Source: Bacillota bacterium (GTDB lineage: Bacteria > Bacillota > JAAYKD01). From it: a DNA stretch of 64,000 nt. Shown here piece by piece: positions 1 through 9,546 of this stretch; the first letter of the stretch is position 1; each line of letters opens with the position of its first letter. The notes beneath the pieces are model-generated. The model was not told where the DNA came from and made no database searches. It saw nothing but the letters and a program-made list of their open reading frames with translations. A program made the translations under genes and the position numbers. Location: positions 2,464,001-2,528,000 of the forward strand of contig OY762825.2 of assembly GCA_963666425.2 (NCBI GenBank), read 5' to 3'.

Positions 1-688
1 TGGCAGTGTGGAGCAGGTGACCGACTCTATTTTATCTGCCTTTCACCTATCCTTCTGGATGCTGCTGCCGGTAGCGGTGATTTTGCTGGCACCATTGTTC
101 AAGATAAAAATCAAATATGCCATGGCGGTCAGTATCGCCATGGCTGTTGTGCTGGCGATGCTGCTGCAAGGGCAGACGTTGCTAGATCTGCTTAAAGTTT
201 TGTTTTTTGGCTATACGGCTCCCGGCAATTCCACGGCAATTTTCAACGGCGGTGGCATGCTCAGTATGAAGAACGCGATTTTGATTATGGGTATTTCCGC
301 TACTTTTTCCGGCATTCTCAAAGGTACGAACATGCTGGCCGATGTGCTTGCCAGACTGGATCAATTTGCCACTAAAATCGGTTTATTTCCCGTCATGGTC
401 CTAACCAGTCTGCCGGTCTCCGCCATCGCCTGCAACCAAACACTTTCCTTACTATTGGAAGCTCAGTTAATGCGGCCGATTTACGAAAAACATCACATTG
501 CGGCGAATCAGTTGATGCTGGATATGGCAGATTCCACAGTGACCATCGCAGGTTTGATTCCCTGGAATACGGCCTGTGCTATCCCTTTGAGCCTTTTGGG
601 CGTGACAACGGCAGCCATCCCATGGGCGGTCTTTCTTTGGCTGCTGCCTGTATGGGGATTGCTGCGTAATTGGCGTCATGCCAATTGA
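1..688 (+). CDS. Na+/H+ antiporter NhaC-family membrane protein (5'-truncated by window edge)
   Basis: Multi-TM hydrophobic ORF with NhaC-like segments 'NGGGMLSM', 'ACNQTLS', 'LIPWN'; only the C-terminal half is present. Confidence 0.75.
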   Translation, partial: GSVEQVTDSILSAFHLSFWMLLPVAVILLAPLFKIKIKYAMAVSIAMAVVLAMLLQGQTLLDLLKVLFFGYTAPGNSTAIFNGGGMLSMKNAILIMGISATFSGILKGTNMLADVLARLDQFATKIGLFPVMVLTSLPVSAIACNQTLSLLLEAQLMRPIYEKHHIAANQLMLDMADSTVTIAGLIPWNTACAIPLSLLGVTTAAIPWAVFLWLLPVWGLLRNWRHAN

Positions 689-748
689 AAAATCAAATCA
701 GTTCGCCGCGTGCAGCGGTGATCAGCAACACGAAGGAGGATTTTTTCT

Positions 749-1180
749 ATGAAATATTTCGATCAGGCAAAACTGGGTCGGGCGATTGTTGTCAGATTGG
801 AACCGGGTGAATTTGTCCTGGCTGGAATCCAGCAAGTAATCGAAGAAGCGGGAATCCACGATGGTTATATTGCCTCCGGTATCGCAACGTTTGACCGCTG
901 CCGTCTGCATACGGCGGTCAACACTGAGCTGCCGCCTGAATTTGTTTATCCGGAATGGCTGGATGCACCGCTGGAAGTTTGTGCGATTCAAGGGGTAATT
1001 GCGGATGGCATACCGCATCTGCATGTAGTGGTTTCGGATGCAAACAAAGCGGTTGCCGGTCATTTAGAAGAAAGCCGCATTTTATTTGTTTGTGAAATTG
1101 TCATTCAGGAATTGCTGGGACAAACGCTGACGCGCCAGCCGATCAGTGAATTTGTCAGCCAACTCGTAGAAAAAGATTAA
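749..1180 (+). CDS. PPC/DUF296 domain protein
   Basis: RBS AAGGAGG; 'VVRLEPGE', 'SGIATF', 'PHLHVVVSD', 'AGHL' motifs typical of PPC domains. Confidence 0.8.
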   Translation: MKYFDQAKLGRAIVVRLEPGEFVLAGIQQVIEEAGIHDGYIASGIATFDRCRLHTAVNTELPPEFVYPEWLDAPLEVCAIQGVIADGIPHLHVVVSDANKAVAGHLEESRILFVCEIVIQELLGQTLTRQPISEFVSQLVEKD

Positions 1181-1376
1181 TTGACTGCAGCTGCTTAAAA
1201 CCAATTGGATGCATCAAGGTTTTAAGCAGCTCTTTTCAAATTCAGCTGGATAAGATTATTACACGAATTCAGCCAAGAGAGTGAAATAGTCGGGTAATTC
1301 CTGGATGGACAGAAGGAATTTATCGCTCTATCTGGAATATTTATACTGTAATCAGCAAAAAAAAGGAGGAAAAAGT

Positions 1377-3275
1377 ATGAAGAGAAAATTGGTTGGAATA
1401 ATGTGTTTTGTTTTCCTTCTGACTCTGGCGGTTTCCGGATGGTGCATGGCAGCAACCGGGTTTACCGTCTATCAAAACAGTGCCAAAGTAATCGTGAATG
1501 GTAAAGTAACAAACTTTGAGGCCTATACCATCGATGGGTTCAACTATTTTAAATTAAGAGACATCGCCATGGTAGTGAATGGCACCGGTAAGCAATTTGA
1601 AGTAACTTATGATTCTGCCAAAAGGGCGATAAACTTAGTCTCCAATGCGGCCTATACGATTGCCGGCGGTGAATTAGCGCCGGGAGACGGTTCCGCCAAG
1701 CAGGCGTTTTTCAATTCAGCAATTATCTATAAAGACGGGAAAATCGCCTCCCTATCTGCTTTCACCATCGCGGGTTATAATTTTTTTAAGCTGAGAGATT
1801 TGACGAAAACCTTTAACATCGAAGTGAATTGGGATCAAGCCAGCAGCACCATCGGGATTGAGACCAGCCGGCCTTACGTCGATGCAGTGCAAACCGCTGT
1901 CTGGTATGCACCAAACTATCAGAATGACCTTGCCCGCATCATCAGTTCGTTTTCAGAAGGCTATTTTGTGGGACTGCGCAGTGCAAGCCTCCTCGAGTGG
2001 GAAAAGCAGTTGGTGACGATTTATGATGCCTCGATGAAACCGGTCGCCTACACCAATTACCGGGCGGAGGACGGCATGTTTGGTGCTGTGCATAACGGTC
2101 TGATCAATGTCACCAGCATGACGAAAACTGTCACAGTGGATGGGGAAGCCTATGCCGTAGCCGGTTATATCGACACGGCCGGTAACCTGATCATCCCCGA
2201 GAAATATTTCCAAACGACCAGCTTTAAAAACGGGGTTGCCATCGTGCATGAAATGCGGGGAACAACTGCTTATACCTTATTGATCAACACCAAAGATGAA
2301 ATCCTGATGCAAAAAAAAGGAGTCTATCTAGGTGAAATCGGCGGCAATGCAGTTTATTTTCAGGATAGCTATATAGACGCAAACGGAAATCCCTATACCG
2401 GTGAGATTGAAGGCTATTACGATTTTAGCGGCAATTATTCGCGCTACCCCATTTCTGATGATTCCGGTTACTGGGGTGAGGATGGTTATTGGGTAGAACG
2501 TCATGGCTACCATCCGTCCGAAGCAAGCGCCTTCAATGCGCAGTATGCAGGGCTTTATGAACATACCGAATATCTTGGCAATGGCTTTATCAAGGTATGG
2601 GAAAGCAATCCCAACTCTTACCCGGGTGTGGTTGATTTGAAGAATCGGGTGATTATCCCGATCAATGCTTATCAGACCATTGATGCGGTTGCCACCGAAA
2701 CCTCCATGTTTTTCATCGTCTCAGGCGATGCCGATCCCATTTATGATGCGTTGAGTGTGATTTCGCCCAGCGGTCAAAAAATCCTATCCCGCGTGCATCA
2801 AGTTTCTTTTGCCGGCGGGGAAGCGATCTATTATTTTCAGCACGATGCCTATGGCAACGGTACTTGGGGTCTGATCGAAACCAATGGCCATGAACTGGTT
2901 GCCAATAGCTACAATTTCCTGATGTATTTTGACCCCTACACCGGCGGATTGACCTCTTATTATGAATCCACCAATCCTGGCGCAGCCAGCGTCCTGCTTT
3001 ATACATCGGGAACGATGGATGAGCGGGCAGATACCAGCAAGATGAGCGAAAACCTCCTTGTAGCACAGGATTATTATCAGCAGCTCACCGAGCAGAATTT
3101 AGCCGCAGAGAATAGTTATTACTATAACGAACTGAATCGCTACATCCAAAGAGCAAACGCCCTTTTGAATATGGAGAAGCCAGCCTGGATTGATGTCAGT
3201 TTAACGGAGACTTGGCTTGGCTTAATCTGCGGCAGTGTCGCACCAATCCTCTACGGTTTTCCCAGCGGTGAGTAG
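1377..3275 (+). CDS. Secreted protein with duplicated copper-amine-oxidase-N-like domain and WG-like repeats
   Basis: ATG 1377 after AGGAGG; signal peptide MKRKLVGIMCFVFLLTLAV; two copies of 'Y/F-T-I-x-G-x-N-Y/F-F-K-L-R-D'; 'FSEG', 'GYIDTAGNLII' WG-like motifs. Confidence 0.65.
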   Translation: MKRKLVGIMCFVFLLTLAVSGWCMAATGFTVYQNSAKVIVNGKVTNFEAYTIDGFNYFKLRDIAMVVNGTGKQFEVTYDSAKRAINLVSNAAYTIAGGELAPGDGSAKQAFFNSAIIYKDGKIASLSAFTIAGYNFFKLRDLTKTFNIEVNWDQASSTIGIETSRPYVDAVQTAVWYAPNYQNDLARIISSFSEGYFVGLRSASLLEWEKQLVTIYDASMKPVAYTNYRAEDGMFGAVHNGLINVTSMTKTVTVDGEAYAVAGYIDTAGNLIIPEKYFQTTSFKNGVAIVHEMRGTTAYTLLINTKDEILMQKKGVYLGEIGGNAVYFQDSYIDANGNPYTGEIEGYYDFSGNYSRYPISDDSGYWGEDGYWVERHGYHPSEASAFNAQYAGLYEHTEYLGNGFIKVWESNPNSYPGVVDLKNRVIIPINAYQTIDAVATETSMFFIVSGDADPIYDALSVISPSGQKILSRVHQVSFAGGEAIYYFQHDAYGNGTWGLIETNGHELVANSYNFLMYFDPYTGGLTSYYESTNPGAASVLLYTSGTMDERADTSKMSENLLVAQDYYQQLTEQNLAAENSYYYNELNRYIQRANALLNMEKPAWIDVSLTETWLGLICGSVAPILYGFPSGE

Positions 3276-3300
3276 TTGCGAATCTTGATGAAAAAACCAA

Positions 3301-3342
3301 AAGAGAGGGTATCTGTCATGGATATCCTCTCTTAATTATTTT
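3301..3342 (+). terminator. Intrinsic terminator
   Basis: aagagagggtatc...gatatcctctctt inverted repeat followed by T-rich tract. Confidence 0.6.
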
Positions 3343-3535
3343 GATTCAGGCAGGATACACTTAAAAAAGTGAAGAATTATGTAAATTAGAGAATGCTTGC
3401 CGCAAAATCGCCCAAAAACAGAACGTGGGCGAACAAGTGAGCAAAATGACCTAAAAGCATGCTATCGCCAGCTGGAATAATTCGACTGAAGGCGTTGTTA
3501 AGCTGCGATAGAAAAAGGAGGACAGACCTATCACG

Positions 3536-4822
3536 ATGCAAAATCAAGAGTTTAACCTGACACAATATCAAAAAAAATCTCTGAACGCACTGGAAATTGC
3601 TTTAAATACGGTTCCTGTCTATGCGTCTTGGCGAACTGCTGATCCCGGAGCCGGAACCGCACCGGAACAAAGATATGCCGCGCTGCCAGAACTGACCAAG
3701 CAGACAATGAGAGAAAATTTTCCGAATGGCCTGGTGCCCAATCACTTACAGGTGGAGGAGGCACTGGCGCGGGATGAAATAGAATATACCTTTACCAGCG
3801 GCAGTACCGGTGAGAAAGTGATCAACCTTTGGAACCAGCAATGGTGGAATGCTTCGGAGGCGGCGTCTTGGCGCTTGAATGCCCATACCGCTCAGCTAAC
3901 CTATCCTCAGAAGCAAGCCAAGCTTGCCAGTGCCTTGAATATTGGTATTCACTGCGAAGAAGATTTACCGATGGATCACCGAATTTTAGGAAATACCTTA
4001 TATCTCAACGAGAAGATTAACGTGATCGCCTGGCAGCCACGTCATCTGGAACGCATGGCGAGAGAGTTGGCGCTCTTTCAGCCGGTCATTCTGGAAGCCA
4101 ATCCTTCCTTGCTGGCACGTTTGGCTTGGTGGGCGATGGATCACGGCCAAAAACTCTTTTCACCAGCCGCTATTCTCTTCACCTATGAATTTCCTTCCCA
4201 AATTCATCTGGCGGCCATTCGCAAAGTATTTTCCTCGCCTCTGATCAGCTCTTACGGCAGCACGGAAACCGGTTTTGTGCTGATGCAGGGAGAAGACGGT
4301 TTGTTCCGTCAAAACACGGAGTTCTGCCGGATCGACTTTTATCCGCTGGCGGCTCGGCATGGCGGTCCGCAGCTGGGCCGGATTTTGGTCACTACCTTTG
4401 GCAATCCTTGGGCGGCGATTGTGCGCTTTGATATGGGTGATCTGATCCGCTTGCAGCCAAAGAACGATCACAGTGAAGGATATCTGGTCCAGGCCGTGGA
4501 AGGCCGCCTTGCCAATGCCACTTTTACGACGAGCGGTGATTTGGTGACCACCCTGGCGCTCGACCGGCAATTGGCCGGTATTCCGGAAATTCGTGATTAT
4601 CATTTGGAACAGCAGACCGAGAGAAAATACGAAGTACAGTTGGTTTTGACAGACCAAAGTGAGACCGTCCTCGAGCGGATCCGGCAAGTGCTGGCTGCAC
4701 TTTATGGCGCGGACGGTGAATTTATTCTCACAGCAGTGGCGAATCTTTGGCCCGGACCGGCGGGGAAATACCGCCGCACGCAAACGAACTTTGACTTTGA
4801 TGCAAAAGGGATGTTTTTATGA
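3536..4822 (+). CDS. Phenylacetate-CoA ligase (PaaK/CapK)-like adenylate-forming enzyme
   Basis: RBS AGGAGG; 'LPELTK', 'TSGSTG', 'YGSTE', 'RFDMGD', 'GKYR' ANL-superfamily motifs. Confidence 0.75.
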   Translation: MQNQEFNLTQYQKKSLNALEIALNTVPVYASWRTADPGAGTAPEQRYAALPELTKQTMRENFPNGLVPNHLQVEEALARDEIEYTFTSGSTGEKVINLWNQQWWNASEAASWRLNAHTAQLTYPQKQAKLASALNIGIHCEEDLPMDHRILGNTLYLNEKINVIAWQPRHLERMARELALFQPVILEANPSLLARLAWWAMDHGQKLFSPAAILFTYEFPSQIHLAAIRKVFSSPLISSYGSTETGFVLMQGEDGLFRQNTEFCRIDFYPLAARHGGPQLGRILVTTFGNPWAAIVRFDMGDLIRLQPKNDHSEGYLVQAVEGRLANATFTTSGDLVTTLALDRQLAGIPEIRDYHLEQQTERKYEVQLVLTDQSETVLERIRQVLAALYGADGEFILTAVANLWPGPAGKYRRTQTNFDFDAKGMFL

Positions 4823-5502
4823 GTACAATCAAACCGATTTATTTATTTGCCGGCGGCCGGTCGCGTGACCCGCAGGCCATGCTCACTGCCATCGCGTCCG
4901 TTTTAGCAGAATGCGGCACCGTCAAACCACAGATTGCTTATCTTGGTGCAGCCAATGGCGATCATTTGCTTTTTTTTCAATCCATCAAAAGCATGCTGCA
5001 GGAGGCAGGCGCGGGTGAAGTCTTATTAGTGAAATTGGCCCGGAAAAAAATCGATTTAGCAGCCACAAAACAGGCGTTGGAAAAAGCGGATGCCATTTTT
5101 ATCTCGGGCGGAGAAGTGGAAGACGGCATGCGTTGGCTGCAGCAGCATCAATTGATTGATTTTCTAGCTCTGCTGCGTCAGCGCGGTAAGTTATTTTTCG
5201 GTATGTCAGCAGGCAGCATTATGATGGGGTCTGCCTGGGTTCGCTGGCAAGATCCCGGGGATGACAGCACGGCGGCGTTATTCGATTGCCTCGGGTTTGC
5301 GCCGACTGTCTTTGACACCCATGCCGAAGACGAGGACTGGATCGAACTGAAGAAAGTATTACAGCTGCAAGGAGAGGGTGCCTGTGGTTACGGCATTCCC
5401 AGCGGCAGTCTGCTGCGTGTGGATGCAGCGGGTGAAATGACAACTTATGGTAAACCTTTACTCTGCTACGTAAATTTAGCTGGACAGGTGCAAAGAAAAT
5501 AA
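4819..5502 (+). CDS. Peptidase S51 (peptidase E / cyanophycinase-like) class I glutamine amidotransferase-fold hydrolase
   Basis: 'AIFISGG', nucleophile elbow 'GMSAG', 'DTH'; ATGA overlap with upstream gene. Confidence 0.75.
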   Translation: MSTIKPIYLFAGGRSRDPQAMLTAIASVLAECGTVKPQIAYLGAANGDHLLFFQSIKSMLQEAGAGEVLLVKLARKKIDLAATKQALEKADAIFISGGEVEDGMRWLQQHQLIDFLALLRQRGKLFFGMSAGSIMMGSAWVRWQDPGDDSTAALFDCLGFAPTVFDTHAEDEDWIELKKVLQLQGEGACGYGIPSGSLLRVDAAGEMTTYGKPLLCYVNLAGQVQRK

Positions 5503-5655
5503 AAAGATCTTTGGCGAAGCGAGGATTCTTCACGAAATCTTCATATGCTTTCGCTATAATCGGCACAGAATAAAGTTTAGGTTCCAGGCAGAGCGGTAAT
5601 TACCGACTGATGGGAACGAATGAAGAGCTTTATCCAGCCGAAAGGGGAAGCAACC

Positions 5656-5832
5656 ATGATCATACCTTTACTGATTTTAGCTTATCTCTTCTACTTAGGT
5701 TCAAAGGACCATCAGAGCACAAAAAGCGGCAAGCGCAATCCGATCAATCCAATTGAAACTCTGCAGTTAAGATACATCAACGGAGAAATTGACGAAGAAA
5801 CCTTTACAAGATTATCGGAATTGTGCAAATAA
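5656..5832 (+). CDS. Small SHOCT-domain membrane protein
   Basis: ATG 5656 after AAGGGG; N-terminal TM plus 'LQLRYINGEIDEETF'. Confidence 0.7.
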   Translation: MIIPLLILAYLFYLGSKDHQSTKSGKRNPINPIETLQLRYINGEIDEETFTRLSELCK

Positions 5833-5844
5833 GGAGTGAATAAA

Positions 5845-6108
5845 ATGATGTTTTTCAGAGAAAGCAATGAAATCGGCCGCTGTCTCGCATTCGGTTCCAG
5901 ATCCTTTATGGGTGGCTGGATGATGCTGATCATGGCAGCAGTCGTGCTGCTCGTGATTTTTACCATCCTGCATTTCACCAGAAAGAAAGGCAAGAACCAG
6001 AACCAAACCAGTCAGGACGTTTTGGATTTATTGAAATTGAAACTGGTCAAAGGCGAGATCAGTGAAGAAGAGTACCTGAGCAAGAAGAATTTTCTCAATC
6101 TCGAATAA
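5845..6108 (+). CDS. SHOCT-domain membrane protein
   Basis: RBS AAGGAG; one TM plus 'LKLKLVKGEISEEEY'. Confidence 0.75.
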   Translation: MMFFRESNEIGRCLAFGSRSFMGGWMMLIMAAVVLLVIFTILHFTRKKGKNQNQTSQDVLDLLKLKLVKGEISEEEYLSKKNFLNLE

Positions 6109-6123
6109 AGTAAGTCAATAGCA

Positions 6124-6165
6124 AACAACAGAACCTTCGGCGCACCAACCGATGGTTCTGTTGTT
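6124..6165 (+). terminator. Intrinsic terminator
   Basis: aacaacagaacc...ggttctgttgtt inverted repeat. Confidence 0.65.
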
Positions 6166-6289
6166 CTATCGGAAGAAAGCAAAGATTTGACTGCAAGGAA
6201 ACGATGACAACAGGACAACTCTGTGGTAAAATAGCCCTGTTAATCAATACTTTGAAAGACTGGATTTTAAGCGAAGAAGGAGGATCTTC

Positions 6290-6841
6290 ATGAACAGTGC
6301 ATTGCTATGCGTTGATCTCCAAAATGATTATTTTCCGGGCGGTAGGGCAGAACTCGTGCAGCCGGAATTGGCTGCGCAGCAGGCTAAGCTTGCTATAGAC
6401 TTCTTTAGGGCAAAGCAGTGGCCCGTTTTTCATGTGCGTCACATCAATAACAATATCAATGCAGCTTTCTTTGCTTCTGCCGGACCCGGTTCGGAGATTT
6501 ATCAGCTCGTTGCACCGCTAGCTGCGGAAGCGGTCATTGTCAAACACAAGCCGAACAGTTTTTATGAAACTGATTTGGCAGAGCGTTTGCGTGCCGGTGG
6601 GATCGACAGTCTGATCATCTGCGGTATGATGAGCCATATGTGCATCGATTCTACGGTCCGCGCAGCCAGAGAATTGGGTTTCAGCGTGACCGTTTTACAG
6701 GATGCCTGCGCCACCCGGAATTTAACTTGGCAGGGTGAAGCAATCTCCGCCGCTGTGGTGCATGCTGTGTTTATGGCTGCTCTACAGGGCTCCTTTGCCC
6801 GCGTGATTCAGACACAGGAGTTGTTTAGTTTGCTAAGCTAA
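6290..6841 (+). CDS. Isochorismatase-family cysteine hydrolase
   Basis: 'VDLQNDYF', 'KHKPNSF', 'GMMSHMCIDST' give the D-K-C catalytic triad. Confidence 0.85.
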   Translation: MNSALLCVDLQNDYFPGGRAELVQPELAAQQAKLAIDFFRAKQWPVFHVRHINNNINAAFFASAGPGSEIYQLVAPLAAEAVIVKHKPNSFYETDLAERLRAGGIDSLIICGMMSHMCIDSTVRAARELGFSVTVLQDACATRNLTWQGEAISAAVVHAVFMAALQGSFARVIQTQELFSLLS

Positions 6842-6994
6842 AGGCGTCAGCATAATTGCCAGGATTGCAAGCGAATTTTGCTATGGTATTTCACCTGAAA
6901 AGCAAAGAACTGTTCAAACCGGACAGATTCCTTGCTTTTTTGATTTTTCGGCTTGCTTTTTTGTCTGAATTAAGGCTTTGTCAGCACTTCTTGT

Positions 6995-7040
6995 CAGCTG
7001 TATATACAGCTGTTGACATTGTTTCGAACTTCGCTATAAT
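6995..7040 (+). promoter_or_regulatory. Sigma-A promoter with adjacent NiaR-type operator
   Basis: Perfect 18-bp palindrome cagctgtatatacagctg (TGT-N4-ACA core) at 6995-7012 abutting TTGACA (7013-7018); TATAAT at 7035-7040, 16-bp spacer. Confidence 0.75.
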
Positions 7041-7072
7041 GCAAATAGAAAACAAACCGGGGGAGTGAGAAG

Positions 7073-7609
7073 ATGGATGCAAACAGCCGAAGGAAAAAAA
7101 TCATCGAGGTCATCAGCCATGCGGACAAACCGATCACCGGCAGCGAACTGGCTTCACTGCTCGGTGTGACGAGACAGATCGTCGTGCAGGATATCGCTTT
7201 GCTCAAAGCAGGCGGTCTGCCTTTGCTCTCCACCGTTGCGGGTTATATCTATTTAAGTAATGCTGCTAAAAACCGCAGTCTGAAGGTATTCACCTGTTAT
7301 CATAAAACACTGCCGGAAGCAGAGGTGGAACTGAAGATCATCGTGCAGCAGGGCGGCATGGTGCGGGATGTGATTGTGGATCATCCGATCTACGGAGAAA
7401 TTACCGGCAGTCTGATGCTGGGTTCTCTGCCGGCTGTTGAGTCCTGGTTGCAAAGAGTCCGCGCCAGCCGTTCGATGATGCTCACTACCATCACCGATGG
7501 CATTCATATGCATACCGTAGAAGCGCCAGACGAAGAAACGCTGAATCGAATTGAATCAGCCTTGCGCAGCGCTGGTCTGCTTTATGAAAAAACGGAAGAA
7601 ACGAAATAG
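7073..7609 (+). CDS. niaR: Niacin-responsive transcriptional repressor NiaR (HTH_11 + 3H domain)
   Basis: 'ITGSELASLLGVTRQIVVQDIALL', 'DVIVDHPIYGEI', 'DGIHMHT'; heads the nad operon. Confidence 0.92.
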   Translation: MDANSRRKKIIEVISHADKPITGSELASLLGVTRQIVVQDIALLKAGGLPLLSTVAGYIYLSNAAKNRSLKVFTCYHKTLPEAEVELKIIVQQGGMVRDVIVDHPIYGEITGSLMLGSLPAVESWLQRVRASRSMMLTTITDGIHMHTVEAPDEETLNRIESALRSAGLLYEKTEETK

Positions 7610-7628
7610 AAAGAAGAGGAAAACAGCT

Positions 7629-8540
7629 TTGTCGAATACTGAACTGATCAAGAAAATCGAGAAACTAAAAAAAGAACGCCATGCCGTGATTTTGGCACAC
7701 CTCTATCAGCCGGCAGAAATTCAGGATATAGCCGATTTTGTGGGTGATTCTCTGGAACTGAGCCGAATGGCCAAAGCAACCACAGCGGAAGTCATCGTTT
7801 TCTGTGGCGTTACCTTTATGGCGGAGACCGCAAAAATCTTAAGCCCTGAGCGTACGGTGCTTTTACCGGATGTAACCGCCGGCTGCCCCATGGCAGACAG
7901 TATTACCGCACAGGAAATTCTGCGGCTGAAAGAGCAATATCCAGAGGCGGCAGTTGTCTGCTATGTCAATTCTTCCATTGAGGTCAAGGCGGTCAGCGAT
8001 ATCTGCTGTACCTCCGCCAATGCCGTGAAAATCGTACAATCATTAACGGAACAGCAAGTGATCTTTGTGCCGGACCAAAACCTTGGCCGCTATATTGCTA
8101 CCTTCTGCCCGGAAAAGCAGATTATTTTAGCCAAAGGTTTCTGTCCGACGCACCATTTTATCACCGTGCAGCAGGTGAACGAGACCAAAAAACAGCATCC
8201 GGCAGCCTTGCTGCTGGTGCATCCGGAATGCCCTTTGGAAATCTCTCGGATGTCCGATCTCACCGGCAGCACGGCTCAGATTATCGATTTTGCCGCGCAC
8301 TCCCCGACGCAGGAATTTATCATCGCGACCGAAGAGGGTATTTTACATCAGCTTCAGCTGGCTTGCCCCGGCAAACAGTTTTACCCGGCCGCTCCGCGTC
8401 TGATTTGTGCCAATATGAAAAAAACGACACTGGCGAATCTGGCGGCTGCTTTAGAGGAATTAAAGTATGTTGTGCAAGTGGATGAAAATGTCAGACAAAA
8501 AGCGGCGCTGAGCCTGGAACGCATGCTGGCGCTTTCCTAA
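7629..8540 (+). CDS. nadA: Quinolinate synthase A
   Basis: TTG start after GAGGA; 'ILAHLYQ', 'GDSLEL', 'FCGVTFMAETAKIL', 'AGCPMA', 'HPEC'. Confidence 0.95.
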   Translation: MSNTELIKKIEKLKKERHAVILAHLYQPAEIQDIADFVGDSLELSRMAKATTAEVIVFCGVTFMAETAKILSPERTVLLPDVTAGCPMADSITAQEILRLKEQYPEAAVVCYVNSSIEVKAVSDICCTSANAVKIVQSLTEQQVIFVPDQNLGRYIATFCPEKQIILAKGFCPTHHFITVQQVNETKKQHPAALLLVHPECPLEISRMSDLTGSTAQIIDFAAHSPTQEFIIATEEGILHQLQLACPGKQFYPAAPRLICANMKKTTLANLAAALEELKYVVQVDENVRQKAALSLERMLALS

Positions 8541-8605
8541 CTGTTTTGGAAATTTGGCGACCAAGCGATAGTCAAAAAATAATTCGGACGAAGGAGGAGA
8601 TTGTG

Positions 8606-9448
8606 ATGCAAAATTCCCGGCAATTGGATGAATTATTATATCTGGCTTTAGAGGAAGATATCGGTCACGGTGATATCACGACGAATGCGACCGTTGCTCC
8701 TGAGCGGTGGGCACAGGGAAATTTTATCGCTAAGGCAGAGGGAATTGTCTGCGGTTTGCTCGTCATGCAGCGGGTGTTTTTCTTGTTGGATCCGCAGATT
8801 CAATGTTCACTCTGCGTAAAAGAAGGAGATCCGATCAGCAAAGGTACGATCTTAGCAACAGTCAGCGGACCGGCTCGCAGTATCTTGAGCGGAGAACGGG
8901 TCGCTTTGAATTTTCTGCAGCATCTGTCCGGGATCGCGACACAAACACGCGCTGCCGTTCTGCAAGTGCAGGGAACGAAAACCAAAATCGTGGATACCCG
9001 CAAAACTACGCCGGGGCTGCGTTTGGTGGAAAAGTACGCGGTGCGGGTAGGCGGTGCCATGAATCATCGTTATAATCTGGCGGACGGTGTCTTGATCAAA
9101 GACAATCATATCGCCGCAGCAGGAGGAATCACGCCGGCAATCGCCAGTGTGCGCCAGCAAGTGCCGCACATTATGAAAATAGAAATTGAAGTGGAGAATA
9201 TGCTGCAATTGGCGGAAGCGCTGCAGGGCGGTGCTGATGTGATTCTTTTGGATAATATGAGTACGGCAGAAATGGCAGAAGCGGTGCAGATCATCGCCGG
9301 CCGAGCCTTGACGGAAGCATCCGGCAATATGGGAGAGAAGGATCTGCGGGAAATTGCGGCAACCGGGGTGGATTTCATTTCCATCGGGGCCTTAACCCAT
9401 ACGGTCAAAGCCTTGGATATTAGTTTACGCTTCGTGAACGAAGCATAG
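8606..9448 (+). CDS. nadC: Nicotinate-nucleotide pyrophosphorylase (quinolinate phosphoribosyltransferase)
   Basis: 'EDIGHGDIT', 'DTRKTTPGLR', 'KDNH', 'LLDNM', 'EASGN'. Confidence 0.96.
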   Translation: MQNSRQLDELLYLALEEDIGHGDITTNATVAPERWAQGNFIAKAEGIVCGLLVMQRVFFLLDPQIQCSLCVKEGDPISKGTILATVSGPARSILSGERVALNFLQHLSGIATQTRAAVLQVQGTKTKIVDTRKTTPGLRLVEKYAVRVGGAMNHRYNLADGVLIKDNHIAAAGGITPAIASVRQQVPHIMKIEIEVENMLQLAEALQGGADVILLDNMSTAEMAEAVQIIAGRALTEASGNMGEKDLREIAATGVDFISIGALTHTVKALDISLRFVNEA

Positions 9449-9449
9449 C

Positions 9450-9503
9450 AAAACAACACAGTGCCTGAAGTAAAAAATCACTTCAGGCACTGTGTTGTTT
9501 TTT
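9450..9503. terminator. Bidirectional intrinsic terminator
   Basis: aaaacaacacagtgcctgaagt...acttcaggcactgtgttgtttt long perfect stem between convergent genes. Confidence 0.85.
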
Positions 9504-9546
9504 AGAGTCATTTGATCCACATCGAAGTGGATTGGCTTGGCAAATA

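Noticed and set aside
6290-6841. Nicotinamidase PncA (suggested by adjacency to the nad operon)
   Set aside because: Lacks the PncA metal-binding D-x-H...H-C pattern, and the nad operon has its own promoter downstream; kept as a generic isochorismatase-family enzyme
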